DNA of 64,000 bases from contig CDMY01000465.1 of the NCBI GenBank assembly GCA_001179505.1, positions 1-64,000 on the forward strand, read 5' to 3'. Below the pieces are notes generated by a model. The model was not told where the DNA came from, searched no databases, and was given only the letters and a program-made list of their open reading frames with translations. The first letter of the stretch is position 1, and every line of letters starts with the position of its first letter. This DNA comes from Vitrella brassicaformis CCMP3155. Its lineage: Eukaryota > Protista > Chromerida. This document shows, one piece after another, positions 1-11,444 of this stretch. The position numbers and the translations under genes were made by a program.

Positions 1-617
1 CCGTTCGGTGCCGTGGAGGCCTACCATGGCGGCCGCGGCAAGAATCACCTTGCCAACGTCGAGAGCAAGTTCGCAAGCGGTGAGAGAGAGAGAGAGAGAC
101 GCTGCAATTCTTAACACACATGCACACCAGCCAAGTACACACACCTCTGTGTGTGTGTGTGTGTGTGCAGGCGCTCTGCGTATTGTCGTGGCGACGAGTG
201 CGTCCTGTGTGAACCTGATCAACACGGGAGTGCTGAATGGCCTGATCTACTACAGCACGCCGCAGTCCTTCGAGGCACTGAGGGCTGAGCTGACGGCCTG
301 GGGGTCAGCCTGCCAGGATGGTACGTCCTCTCACAGACACGCACAGAGAGCCCATATGGCTGTGAGGGGACGACACAGCCACACGTGTGTGTATGAGTGT
401 GCTGATACACATAGGTGTGGTATGCTGTGGTGCCTCTTGTAGCCGAAGGAAAGTGCCATGTGTTTCTGCGCCCCGAGGAGCTGATGACGGTGCACAGGGC
501 GACCAGCGAGCCGTCCGTCGACCCGTGGGCCGCACCCTCACCGACGGCAAATGGGATCTCACCAGTGGTGAGTTGATTGAAAGAGACACGGCTCACAGAT
601 ACGGAGACACAATATAG
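1..617 (+). pseudogene. RecQ-like helicase C-terminal domain fragment (3 exons, begins before the window), degenerate
   Basis: Spliced reading EAYHGG...FAS|GALRIVVATSASCVNLINTGVLNGLIYYSTPQSFEALRAELTAWGSACQD|AEGKCHVFL matches the RecQ HelicC layout (AYHAG / LxVxVAT.AFGMG / P.S.E.Y.QExGRAGRDG / C.LF). Motif VI arginines are absent, and a 16-bp deletion at 533/534 relative to the copy at 12974-12989 shifts the frame. Confidence 0.6.
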
Positions 618-723
618 TCTCCGTCGCTGTATGCGTCAGATCGCCGCCTACATTTCATATATATCTCAAGACTCTTTCCCACGCGTCACTGCCCATGCAA
701 GAACGGAATGATGCCTCTGGCGA
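1..723. repeat. Inverted-repeat arm, highly similar to the reverse complement of about 12788-13537
   Basis: Direct comparison: 1-80 is the reverse complement of about 13455-13537. Homology runs through exons and introns and ends near 'gatgcctctggcga' (723) / 'tcgccggaggcatc' (12788). Confidence 0.9.
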
Positions 724-729
724 GAGTAC

Positions 730-853
730 GTGGAGAACTGGTACAGGACAACCATTTCAGAGGACCCGAAGGACATTGAAGACTGGCCAAACTTCGACGA
801 CGACCCCGTCGTCTTCATGTGGAAGCTCTGGGAGATGAAGGTGCACTTCATCG
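730..853 (+). other. Exon-like fragment encoding EDPKDIEDWPNFDDDPVVFMWKLW (unknown family), paralogous to 11310-11444
   Basis: Peptide similarity to PEDPKEMDWPNFDDEPVHFVFKMW at 11.37-11.44 kb. Ends at a gtaag donor near 856. Confidence 0.5.
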
Positions 854-1386
854 ACGTAAGTTACACACGTGCTTCAAGATGGAAACAAACACTCTTGGAG
901 AGACCGAGCATATGTCCATCATCGTGAATAATGCAGGAGTTCGAGCTGCGCTTCAACGCCCTCTCCAAGAACCGCTGCCACGCCATGCTCATCCAAGCCT
1001 CCATGCGGCCACCAGGGCACCTCTGAATCACAGCTGCGCATGTGCTGCTGTATGTCTGAGAGGTCTGCTCATTCATGGTGTGTGCCTGTGTTGTCATCAG
1101 AGACAGAGGAAGACCCGCGACGAGTTGGAGGCGGAGCTGGCCGAGGCCAAGGCGCAGTTAGTGACGGTGAGGGAGGATGCGCTCAAGGCAGAGAAGGAGG
1201 CGAGCAACACCACCGACACACTACCCGAATCCCCGCCCTCACCACCCGAAGCCCCAGCCCAGCAGACCAGCCGACCCACTATTCCAACTAAGAGAGGCGG
1301 GAGTGCCTGGGGCTAGAAGGATATGGCTGCCTGCATTTTATATTTGCTGATGTGTGCTGTGCATCAGTCGTGCCTTGTTGGCGGTC

Positions 1387-1731
1387 CTCGAGTGGCGAAT
1401 CGTACACATGGTCGACCCGGACCTCAACGGCCCTCCCGTCGTCACGCCGCTAGCCGCAGACCGCAGTGGGTGGGGGGCTGCTGCGGGTGACGGCAGTGGT
1501 GACGGCAGTGGTGGCAGCGCACAGCTGGAGGATGAGAAGGTGGGGATTCTCCTGAGCATGGGGCTCGAGAGGGACCAGGCCGAGTGCGCACTCGTCAAGG
1601 CCGCGACAGGTAAGGGACTGATGAGTCGTATATTCGTCTTCGCCGTTTTGTGTGTGTCAGATCGCCGCCTACATTTTATATCTGAAAACCCTTTCTTCCC
1701 CAGACGCCCACGACACAGCGCTAAAGACTGA
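1387..1731 (+). CDS. Small UBA-like domain ORF (2 exons: about 1387-1608 and 1661-1731)
   Basis: DEKVGILLSMGLERDQAECALVKAAT|DRRLHFISENPF fits the UBA pattern (L..MGF.R..A..AL). The phase-1 intron g|gtaag...cag| joins the exons in frame. Start codon uncertain. Confidence 0.5.
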   Translation, partial: LEWRIVHMVDPDLNGPPVVTPLAADRSGWGAAAGDGSGDGSGGSAQLEDEKVGILLSMGLERDQAECALVKAATGKGLMSRIFVFAVLCVSDRRLHFISENPFFPRRPRHSAKD

Positions 1732-1789
1732 CAGGAATTTGTCACGAAAGGGAGACGCATACAACGTGTCTATGTGTGTGTCTCGCCAG

Positions 1790-3850
1790 GGAAGTGGACA
1801 AGGCGCCTGTCGTACGTACTTGTCCAAGCAGCTGCTGCCCAAGGAAGTCGAGACAGGTACAAAAGAGAGGCGTACCTTTTGCATTGTCGGTCTTCTGATG
1901 GCGTGAACGGACCATCGTGCGGGCGGTGTCCGCTTTCGTGGCTGAGTGTGCAGGTGTTTTTGGTCTCGATTCTACGACAGCAACGGGACAAAGCAGCACG
2001 AGAGTCGTCGAAGGAACAAGACCGATAAAGTGGCTGCGAATGGATAAGTCCTTTGCGTATCGAAACCCCGATATGTGTGTTTGCAGTCAAGTCCCATCGG
2101 CGTTAGCTTTCCAGAGAAGCTCGTCATCCTCAACGAGTGGTACATATGTCTGTCGAGACACGCACACACACACAACACACAATTGCCTCCGCGTCCTTTG
2201 CAGAGAGGAAGGTTAGGGGTTCATGTGGCGATGGCCGTGGCAACGCGCAGCAGGCTCGCTCGTCGCGAGGCCAGAGGACCGGTGCGAGGGAGGAGAGATA
2301 GGTGTGCCACTCAATTGATGGATCCACTAACTTGTTTGCTACATACACGTTGGATGCATGTCTTCATTCGTGCGTATGTGTGTGCGTGCGTGCGTCAGGG
2401 CTCGTGTGGCGAGGTTGGAGGCATGCTTTCTGTCCCTGTACTGGGCAGCGACTGCGGGCAACATGCAGCAGAGACACGAGAAACTCGAGACGCTTATAGA
2501 GGTGGGTGGGTGTGCATCCAGGCAGCGCAGCGCAGCGCAGCGCAGCGCACACAAATGAGATACATAGACGTCTGACTCCTGTCCCTCTCATTTTGCCGGT
2601 CTACTGTACCTGCCTGCCTGTTGCTTGTTGTTTGTTTCAGGCATACCAAGAGCACACGGCTGATGACGACCCTACGGCCCCCTTGCCCACAGACAAGTGC
2701 CATGCTCTGGGAGCGGCCCATCTGGGCCTGACCTCGTCAGACGCCGAGGTGGTGAGGGACGTCAAGCGAATTGTGGCCGACACGAGGGTGGACATTTCGG
2801 CTGAGCGCACCGCTGCATTCGCACACGTATGTACATACCCACAGTGAACGAAGGAAGGAAATGCATGTGATGCACACGCCACCGCAGCACGTGTGTGTAT
2901 GGTATGTATGTGTCTGTTGGTGGTCGGCCTTCTGGCTGCGTGTGTGTGCAGGTGTTGCCTCGCGACTGCCCCGCCCCTTCTGTCAGCCGCCAGACGGCCG
3001 ACAGATACCGCCAGAAAGTCGCCGATACCGTCATATACGAATCAACCCGCACCCTCAAGAACATGTAGGCAGGCAGGCAGGCAGGCAGGTAGGCACACAC
3101 AAAGACAGACACAAAGACAGACAGACTGGGATGGATGGATGGTTGCGTGTGTGTTGGTGTGCGTGTGCCAATCCAATAGGGAGTTTGTGTACTCGCCGGG
3201 CGATTCCCGGATTGCAGCTGTCAACGTATATTCCCCCCTCCCTGTCACCCCCGTGTGTGTGGCCCGGGCGCTAGCCAAAACCCAGACCGACTCACTGGTG
3301 AGAGAGAGGAGCCAATCGCACCCCACGCTCTTTGACATAGATAGAAACATGCTCACGAACGGCCGTGTGTGTGTGTGTGTGTGTTGTGCTGTTGATCGAT
3401 TGATTGATACATTGGCTGATTCATTCAGCGTTCGGCTGTCCGTGAGGCCCTGGACCCCATGGGCATGGGCGTTCCCGAGATGGCCAACCTCCCCTTCGAC
3501 TTTTTGCTGGGGGCCTCGCAGCTGGCCTTGGAGCAACTGAGGGAGCACCGGCGGCAGGCCGTGTGTGGCGGCAGCTGGCCAACTTGGAGAGGGAGACGGC
3601 CCGTCAGCAAGCGGCCAACCCCCACACCAACCAGACGCAGCCGACAACAAACAGGAAGAGGGCGGCCAGTGAGGTGGGCGGCGACAAGGCAGCAGCAGCA
3701 GAGGAGGGCGACGGAGGCCGCTACAGGGGTGGCAAGGCGCGCAAGAAATACCACCAGTCGGGGGCGTTTGACAATTTGAACCGGCCAGAGGATTCATCGC
3801 AAATGCATTTTGTCGATCTGTGCGTCCCGCCGTCTGCCTGCAGGGTCTGA
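1790..3850 (+). pseudogene. Chain of coding-like exon fragments with stops and frame changes, no recognisable domain
   Basis: Splice-bounded coding-like pieces (for example 2641-2788 AYQEHTADDDP..., 2952-3063, 3440-3780) that cannot be joined into one open frame. In-frame stop at 1904-1906. Confidence 0.3.
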
Positions 3851-4666
3851 GTCTTTGTCAGATGTTGGGAGGCTAAAAGATGATTCGCTGCCTACACTTT
3901 ATATTTGCACGGTTGTTTGCCAATAGTTACGGTCATGCTGATGACGATTTCTGTCACTCAATGGACACCGAGATTTCATGTCAGTGCATAAATCCATTCA
4001 TTCGTTGTTCCCATCAGCCGGGGATGCGCAGCGACTGGACAATCGACAGCGCCCTGACATCATCACCACACACACACACACACACACAATCTCTTTGTCC
4101 CTCTCTCGCCTCTCTCCCTGGATTGCTGTCTCACTTGTCGCACGGCCTTCGCACCGGTCCTCCTCCTTCGTGTTGAGTGATTGAGGTGAACGCCCACCAG
4201 AACATCCGGCAGCTCGTGACGATGTCAAGGTTGGCCATCGCAGCGCACACCTCACGCGCCAACTCATCGTCAGCCGCAGCCTCACGCTCAGCACACACAC
4301 TGACACACAGACGCATCCGTCGATCTGCCTGATGAGCTTAGCTTACGTGTCTTCGTGTTGTGGTATGTTGATGAGTGTGGTGTGTTGCAGGTCGACCTCC
4401 AGCAGACGCCACTCAGACGAAGACAGACGCACTCGACACACACTCACCTGACAAGTCCATGTAATACACACGCATCGATGTCTCTCTCCTTCGTTCCATG
4501 TGGCCATGACTTGTGTGTGGGTGGGGGTGAGTCCGGCCAGCTGTGCGATGGACAGCGGCGCGACACTGGACCAACACAGCCCACCACCGACGTCGACACA
4601 CAGACTCTCATCCACGGCTTTGCACGGCAGCCTGCAGATCACAGACACACAGACACATATCAAATT

Positions 4667-4708
<42 letters not shown>

Positions 4709-5577
4709 TGGATTGACGTCACGTGACATGCCGTGCGATGAGTGTGTCTGAGAGCGTTGCGACGGATCGGCACGAGTCGACGAGCCTCGGCATCATGTCG
4801 CTCCCACACACCGGCAACTTGAACACACACAACACCTGCACACACACACCCAATGGCATCCATCCATCCCCCTCTCTCTGTGTCTCTGTCTGATTGCCCA
4901 CCTCAGTACTGTTGGTGGGCAGGTCGGCGCCGATGTGTCCCTGCTGGATGTCCCGCTCGAGTGCGGGGAAGAGCGTCGTGGGCCGGTGGCGCTTCACCTT
5001 GGGGCGGCTGGCCAGCGAGTCAGCTGTGGCATTGGTGGGCTCGGCGAGGGGCGGGGAGACATTCGGGTGCAGCAAACTGACGGCCCGCTTCATCGCTGAC
5101 GGACCGACTGATTGACTGAGTGACTGACTGACTGACTGACTGGCGGAGTGCTTTGCTGTGAGTGAGTCTGTGAGATTGATCGGTTAAATGATTCACATGC
5201 ACCAGCCAACCAGCCACACGGAGGAATCGGTCGGTCAGTCAGTCAGTCAGTCAGTCAAAAGCAGCCCCTGCAAAAAGGGCCCATGCATGTATACCATACG
5301 TATGTCTGTTTGTGTGCCGTGTCCGTCTCTCTCTGTACACAGCCAGCCATCCACGCACCCACGCGACAAGAGACCAACAAACTCAGCACTGGTCTGCATC
5401 CTCCCGCCTCCATTCTGCAGACCAATGAGTGCACGGACCACAGCGAGTGAGTCACTCGGCCAGTAACAAGAAGGACCGATTAATCGCTTTGCGATGAGTG
5501 GAAGGCAAGCAGATCCCCGATCGGCTGAAAACCGTTCAGCCATCCACGGCATGGGAGAGCTCGACCCCTCCTCTACT

Positions 5578-7972
5578 TTATCTCTTGGCGGTAAACGACT
5601 TCTCCTGCTCCTCTGCGTGCGACTCCTCTTCTCGTCGCCTCCGGTCTGGCCGTGGCGGCGATGGGAAGCTGTCGAAGTCGGGCAGCCCGGTCCCGCCAGA
5701 CTCACCACCAGACGGCTCTGCGCCCGCCTTCCGCCTCGGTGGCGGCATAGCCACGTCCTTCATCTTCTCGAGCCGCCGCCCAGCAGCAGCAAACCGCCTC
5801 TTCCGCGAAGTTGCTGTCTCGCTGTCCTCGTCTTTGTCGGGTGGAGGGGTGGAGGTGTGATCCGGGATGCCCTGATGGTCGCTGTTGCTGGCTGGAGAGA
5901 GATGGTCGACAGGGCCGCTGCTAAGAGGCGGCATTTGCCTCTGTGATGACAGACCGTAGCCCCACGGCCGACCCTGCTTGCTGGAGAAGAGGTCTCGGCC
6001 GAAGAAGCGATCCTCTCCGCTCTTCTGCCGCTGCGCTCTGAGCTCCTGCAGCACTGTCGCCTCGTCGACCGTCCGAGCCCGATCCAAACGCCTGACGGGC
6101 ACAAGACAACAGGTCGGTGAGCACACATGTATAATGTTCCGTCTGTGTATTTGTACCATGGATTTCTCTTGACGTATTCCCTCACGTCGCCCTCCCACGT
6201 CTCCAGAAGCTCATCTGTGGGATCCATTCCACAGAAGCAGCAGGTCAGCACTCAATCGCATTTACGTGCCTGTGTGTGTGCACTGCTTACACAGGTAGTC
6301 TGTGAGCTCGAGCAGAACGGTGTCTTCCTCCTCATTTGGCCCTCGCGCGAGGTCTTCCTCCAAGTGCGGAGGCGGCACAACCGAGTTGTCAAGATACCTC
6401 CGCACCTGCAGATAGAAGGGAAGAAGACAGCAAGATGGCTTCCTCTGCCCTGCTCGAATGGCTGTCGTGGCTGTCATTCATCACCTTCCTCAGGTCGGAG
6501 TCGACCATGAGTGTGCTCCTGTGGTTGAAGTCGGGATAGATCTGCCAAACACGCTTCAGCTCTCGGAGGTTCCTCACCGCACCGTCAGGATACCTACACA
6601 ACAATTCACACCCAGAGAGAGAATCGCGATTGCTCAGCAACAAGATGTGTGCAGGCTGACCTCGCCGCTTCAGTGTCGGGCACGCAGTCGTCGAAGTCGA
6701 AGAGCGATATCTTTCGATACATCATGCGCCGCCAGTGCTCGTCGGGCTGGCCCGGCAAACCCCACAATCGACGGCTGAGGAACTCAACGATGTTCAGGCC
6801 GTTCCACCTGCACAACACGACACACACAGGTGAGTGAGATATTGGCAGGTGTTACGACCGGCAGACAAGCTTTGTTACCTTGTGATTGACGTGTAGAAGC
6901 CGAAAGTGACTCGTGGGTGAGAGGTGAGCAGGTGGAGGTACTCGCGCCAATATGGCCTCATGTACAAGAACTGTACACCACTGTGAAACACACATAGGGC
7001 AAACACAGCAAGCACATGGATAAGTGGACAGCCGTGCCTCAGATCGTGAGCTCACTTGAATCCTCTTGGCAGCGTCTTGGGCTTGCCGTGCGCCCGACTC
7101 AGCACCCGCCTTGGCCTGACACAGCACATACGCAAAAAAGATCCATGCCCGCGCCGCTGTCTGCCCCTTTTGCTCTCGCTTCGCTTCGTCCACCTGAGGC
7201 AGATGGTTCCATTGATGTCTGACAGAATCAGCAGCTTCGGCTTGCCCTCGTAGTCCTTGGGATCGAAGTCATACACGCGACAGAGCATGTTGCCGTAGCC
7301 GCTCTCGTCGTATGACGGATCGCCACCCGGTGACATGCCGGGCGGGAATGGGACGGTGTCGGGGGGCATGGGAAAAGCAGGCGAGGGCTGGTGGGGGGAG
7401 GGGGAGGGGGGCGGCCGCCAATCGTAGACATAGTTGCCTTCATTGGGGTCGTAGTCAACCGAGTCGACGAATCCTGGACGCATGCGGCGTTCGGGCATTG
7501 GGGGGTACGGCTGAGGTGGATCGGGCATGATGGGCCGCCTCTCCGGCAGCCTAGTCGTGGTAGGGGGAGGCTTGCTCTCATCCTCTGGCTCGTCTTCATC
7601 TGTATCACCGCTAGTCGTCGCGTGCAGACTTGTCACCGGCCTATTGCCGCCATGAGCAGATGAGAAGATGCTCTTCTGCGAGACGCAGTGGATGACCTCC
7701 ATGCCATCTGCCGTTTCGCCAACATGTCTGCACTCAAACAGACCACTGCGGGCATGCGGAAAGATGTCTGCGGGAAAGGGCATCTTCGGCGGCACAAAGC
7801 TGCTCTGCTGTCGAAATACCGTCGATGCAGGCGGCCGAGTGCGATGAAAGCGCTCCCTTCGCTGAGGCGGTGGTCGATATCTGGCAGCAGCAGAGGCCAG
7901 ATCACTCCCCAGTAGCAGCAGGCAGAAGGCCCAGCAGGCAAGGCGGGGTTGGGTTTTCTTCAGCAGCATCAT
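5578..7972 (-). CDS. FCP1/NIF-homology (HAD superfamily) phosphatase-like protein with N-terminal signal peptide and long Pro-rich leader, multi-exon
   Basis: Spliced motifs KPKLLILSDINGTICLR, QFLYMRPYWREYL, VTFGFYTS, LRELKRVWQIYPDFNHRSTLMVDSDLRK and EEAILLPFY follow NIF-domain order. N-terminus MMLLKKTQPRLACWAFCLLLLGSDLASAA is hydrophobic. Stop at 5578-5580. Confidence 0.75.
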
Positions 7973-8143
7973 TAGGCATTTTTTACCCATCCACGGTGGA
8001 GCAAGCGACGAGGGAGCAGATCTCCATACATCTCGTCCTGAGCGGTCTCTGAGCGCCAAGCTTGCAGATCTCTGCGAGCTTGAAGCCGATGAGCCAAGAG
8101 GGTTCGGAAATCGCGAGAGCCGCCTGAGGCATTCGATGATATC

Positions 8144-10198
8144 GGAATGGCAGGTTGACACACCGAGGAGCAGGGTGATCGCCAGATGGGGAGGCCTGGC
8201 GACTGACAGCGACGCGAACAAGGTGGAAGGCCTGCTGATGCGACAGCCATTCATCCAACAGGTGAGAGAGGAACATGCAGAGCGGGAGAAATGAATGCCG
8301 CTCCATGTGCATGGGTGGAAGGTTGGCTCGTCGTGAGTGTGTTTCAGGCGACTCTTGCACTGCCCAGGCCAATGGATTCTGTTGAAGATGCAGAAGCACT
8401 GCTCGAATCGATCAAGAAGCAGGTCACCTGCTTGTCGTGTGGATGGGCGGATGGGTGGATGGATGTCAGCATTTCTTGTCCTTTGCTGTGTGGCTGTCCG
8501 ATCAGCTGCACTGTCTGCGAGTGGAGTCCCTTCATCTCAGCGCCTTCTGCACGGAGCGGTTCGTCAAGGGGGCCGTGCCCCTCACGTCACCACAGCAGCC
8601 ACGCAGAGGGCCTCGCCAACCTTCTGAGGGTGTGGCCGAGCCACGGTGCGTGTTGGTGAGTTGTGGCCCTTCGATTGATGGGGCAGCAGGGATCGCCGCA
8701 TTGCTGCCGTCAGGGAAGCTGCTCCTGGCGGTGAGCTGAGCTGAAGGGAGGGAGAGAGAGGACGACATTCGATTGAAATGCAACCACAGCCTGCCTGCCT
8801 GCCTCATCTGTGTGTCCGCAGTCAGATCCTGTCAATGCGACTGCACTGGGCATTGACCCTTGCATTCACCATCCAAAGCCCTTCCAGAGAGGTTAGGTGT
8901 CACGCAAACAAGACACGAAGGATCAATGGCCCCGCTCTCACCCCTTGTTGTGTGTGTGTTTGATCCATCCTTCCATCAGAGCAAGTGCCGTCTTTGCGGT
9001 ACTCCATGGTGGATTTGGCGTCGCCGGCCTTTCGCAAGAGCCGCCTCTTCCACCGCACCCACTTCCTCCTCAGTGGCGACCGGTGCACGTCGGGCACCAT
9101 GATTGGCTATGGGGAGGGGCAGTGTGGCGATCCGACACATGTGCAGCACCTGCTCAGCGAAGACCATGGACAGGTCAGTGGTGGAGTGCACCATTGCATC
9201 CTTTGATTGCACCATCCTTTGATCTCCACATTCAGGCCAGAGTGACATCTGTTCCGCTGCAGTACTCGTCGGCACACGTCTCTGACCACCCGTCACCAGA
9301 CTTCTGCCAGATCACTGGCTTGCTCGAGGCGTGCTGCGGGCCCCCACGCAAAGCCAAGAGAGGCCATGGGCGGGAGGGAGGGGGGCCGTCAGAGGTCTAT
9401 CGAGGAGGGGAGGCGCCGCTCACGACCGATGCCGAAACGCATGCAAGGCTGGAGCAACAGCTGCGGATCGTAAGTGTATGAAGAGGGCCCTTGTGTAATC
9501 AGTCGCCTCATGTGTGCCTCTTCTCTCCTCGTCAGCTGTTGGAGGAGCTGCTCGAGTGGCTGGGGTGCACCCATCTGGACATCCCTGTGCAGAAGGGTCT
9601 CTATCCGTGGCTTGTAGAGGATGGCCGTGATGCGTCGGACCTCAGCTTGTGGACTGTGCGGGGCATCCTTGAGCCCTCGCAGCTGCGTCACATGTGGAAG
9701 GCACTCAGGTGAGATGCGGATGGCTGGACACACATATCTTAAGATATGCCATTCATTGGTGGTCGCCTGTGTGTGATGCATCGATCAGGGAGAGGGTGTG
9801 CAGCCCACAATCAGACCAACGACAGCGATGCACGTGGGGCGCACTGTCCATCTGGTCTGTCGAGGACGCTCCAGTGGCCTTCGACGAACACCCACACGGT
9901 GGGTAAATACCCACTGCAGACAGACAGACAGACAGACAGACAGAGAGCGACAATCAAACCAGAAGGCATATTTGCTCCTTGTCCGTCTGCATTGTGTTCA
10001 TGCCTGCAGGTTATGACATGTGCGGTGCCGCCCACTCGCATTTGGTGTGCTTCAGCGATGGCCCGGCCGTCTGGTGGCTTCTGCTACAGGTACATGTCCG
10101 TCCGTGAGTAAGGAGGCAGGGCGTGCAGGTGGGATTAAGTGAGCTCTTTCTTCGCTGCTCCTCAGGTTGTGAACCATCTGGATGCGACAACAGCATGA
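8144..10198 (+). CDS. Hypothetical multi-exon protein, no domain recognised
   Basis: The last four exons (about 9535-9709, 9789-9899, 10010-10090, 10166-10198) splice in consistent phase to a TGA. The 5' exons (8.14-9.47 kb) are plausible but not fully resolved. Confidence 0.45.
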
Positions 10199-10359
10199 GT
10201 ATGTCTTGACCGATGGTGTTTGTGCCTCCATGAGAGACGCGCGAAACCGCAGATGGATGGATGGATGGCTGGCTGGATGTGTACAGAGAGAGAGAGACGG
10301 ACACAGCACACAGACATACGTATACTGACTCGCTGACTGACCGATTCCTGTGAGTCGAG

Positions 10360-10622
10360 GTGGCCTTCTCGCGCACAGACCCCTATAGGAAGGAGTACGT
10401 GCAGGACCTGACTGAGAGGCGGGGCGGGATGTGGTGGATCTGCTGCTGCGGCGAGGGGCGGTGGTGTACGTGTGCGGCCGGGCGCACCCGATGCTGTCGC
10501 AGGTGTGGGACGCGTTTGTGGAGGTGCTGGGTGTGCATGGCGGGATGGGCAAGTCGGAGGCCAACCGGTTCCTGCTGCAGCTGCAGGCCAAGAGGCGATA
10601 CATATGCGACACCTGGGAGTAG
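10360..10622 (+). pseudogene. Orphan C-terminal (NADPH-binding) exon of a diflavin reductase (CPR/NDOR1/MTRR type) with a frameshift
   Basis: VAFSRTDPYRKEYVQDL, then a frame change near 10415-10430, then DVVDLLLRRGAVVYVCGRAHPMLSQVWDAFVEVLGVHGGMGKSEANRFLLQLQAKRRYICDTWE*. This is the canonical AFSR / YVQ / YVCG / RY..D.W tail. No FAD or flavodoxin exons were found upstream. Confidence 0.75.
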
Positions 10623-10707
10623 ACGTCATGGATGGACACGGGTTAGTGTAGGTGGACGTGTGGATGGTTTTGACTTTTTGCGTGTCTGCGTGCATTGCAC
10701 GACTCAT

Positions 10708-10800
10708 GTGTCTATGCGTGTATGTATGTGTGTATGTATGTGTGTATGTATGTGTGTATGTGTGTATGTGTGTATGTGTGTATGTGTGTATGTATGTATG
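10708..10800. repeat. Compound (TATG)n/(TATGTGTG)n microsatellite
   Basis: Directly visible tandem repeat. Confidence 0.9.
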
Positions 10801-11309
10801 AGTAATTGTGCGTGAGGAAACTTCGATCTTGCATCAACCAATTGGTCCAGCTCGAACGCGCGAATGATGCTTCTCGGCTGAGTGCATCGAGATGTGTCGC
10901 TCACTGTTGATCGCTCTCTTAAGTGTGGCTGCTGTGACGTCGACTGTGTTTGGCGGTGAGAGCATGGCTGCACAAGACAACAACTCGGTGGCCAGTGAGC
11001 AGACAAGCAAACAAGCAAGAACACACACAGGGTAGAGTGATTGCGTGTCTCTGTGTGCGTGCATTAATTCCGCAGCCGACTCTCTCGGTCTCGCCCACGG
11101 TAGAACATCATGATTGACCATTGACACGACATTGACTGCACGATCACATTGTCTCTCTCTTTCTTCATTCATTCATTCATTCAGATCGCCTTGATCCCCT
11201 CGCCGTCATCCTCTCGCACAGGCGCCCGCACAGGTCAACACATACTCACTGACGGACAGGTGTGGCTTGTGTATTCATCTGTCCATCTGTCCGTCTGTCT
11301 GTCTGTCTG

Positions 11310-11444
11310 TTCTGCAACTTTGTGCGCCACGAGGACCCCGTCGAGGGTTACTGGAAGCTGAGACTCCCCGAAGACCCCAAGGAGATGGATTGGCCCAACT
11401 TTGACGATGAGCCGGTCCACTTCGTCTTCAAAATGTGGACGTAG
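11310..11444 (+). other. Second exon-like DWPNFDD fragment
   Basis: HEDPVEGYWKLRLPEDPKEMDWPNFDDEPVHFVFKMWT* is similar to 730-853. Confidence 0.5.

Noticed and set aside
4131-5093. Possible minus-strand multi-exon gene
   Set aside because: Some coding-like pieces exist, but no consistent phase path or domain could be established.
8144-10622. A single full-length cytochrome P450 reductase gene
   Set aside because: The upstream exons splice to their own stop at 10198 and lack flavodoxin, RxYS and GxGxAP motifs.
10708-10800. CRISPR-like or structured repeat array
   Set aside because: Simple microsatellite with no spacers, in a eukaryotic context.
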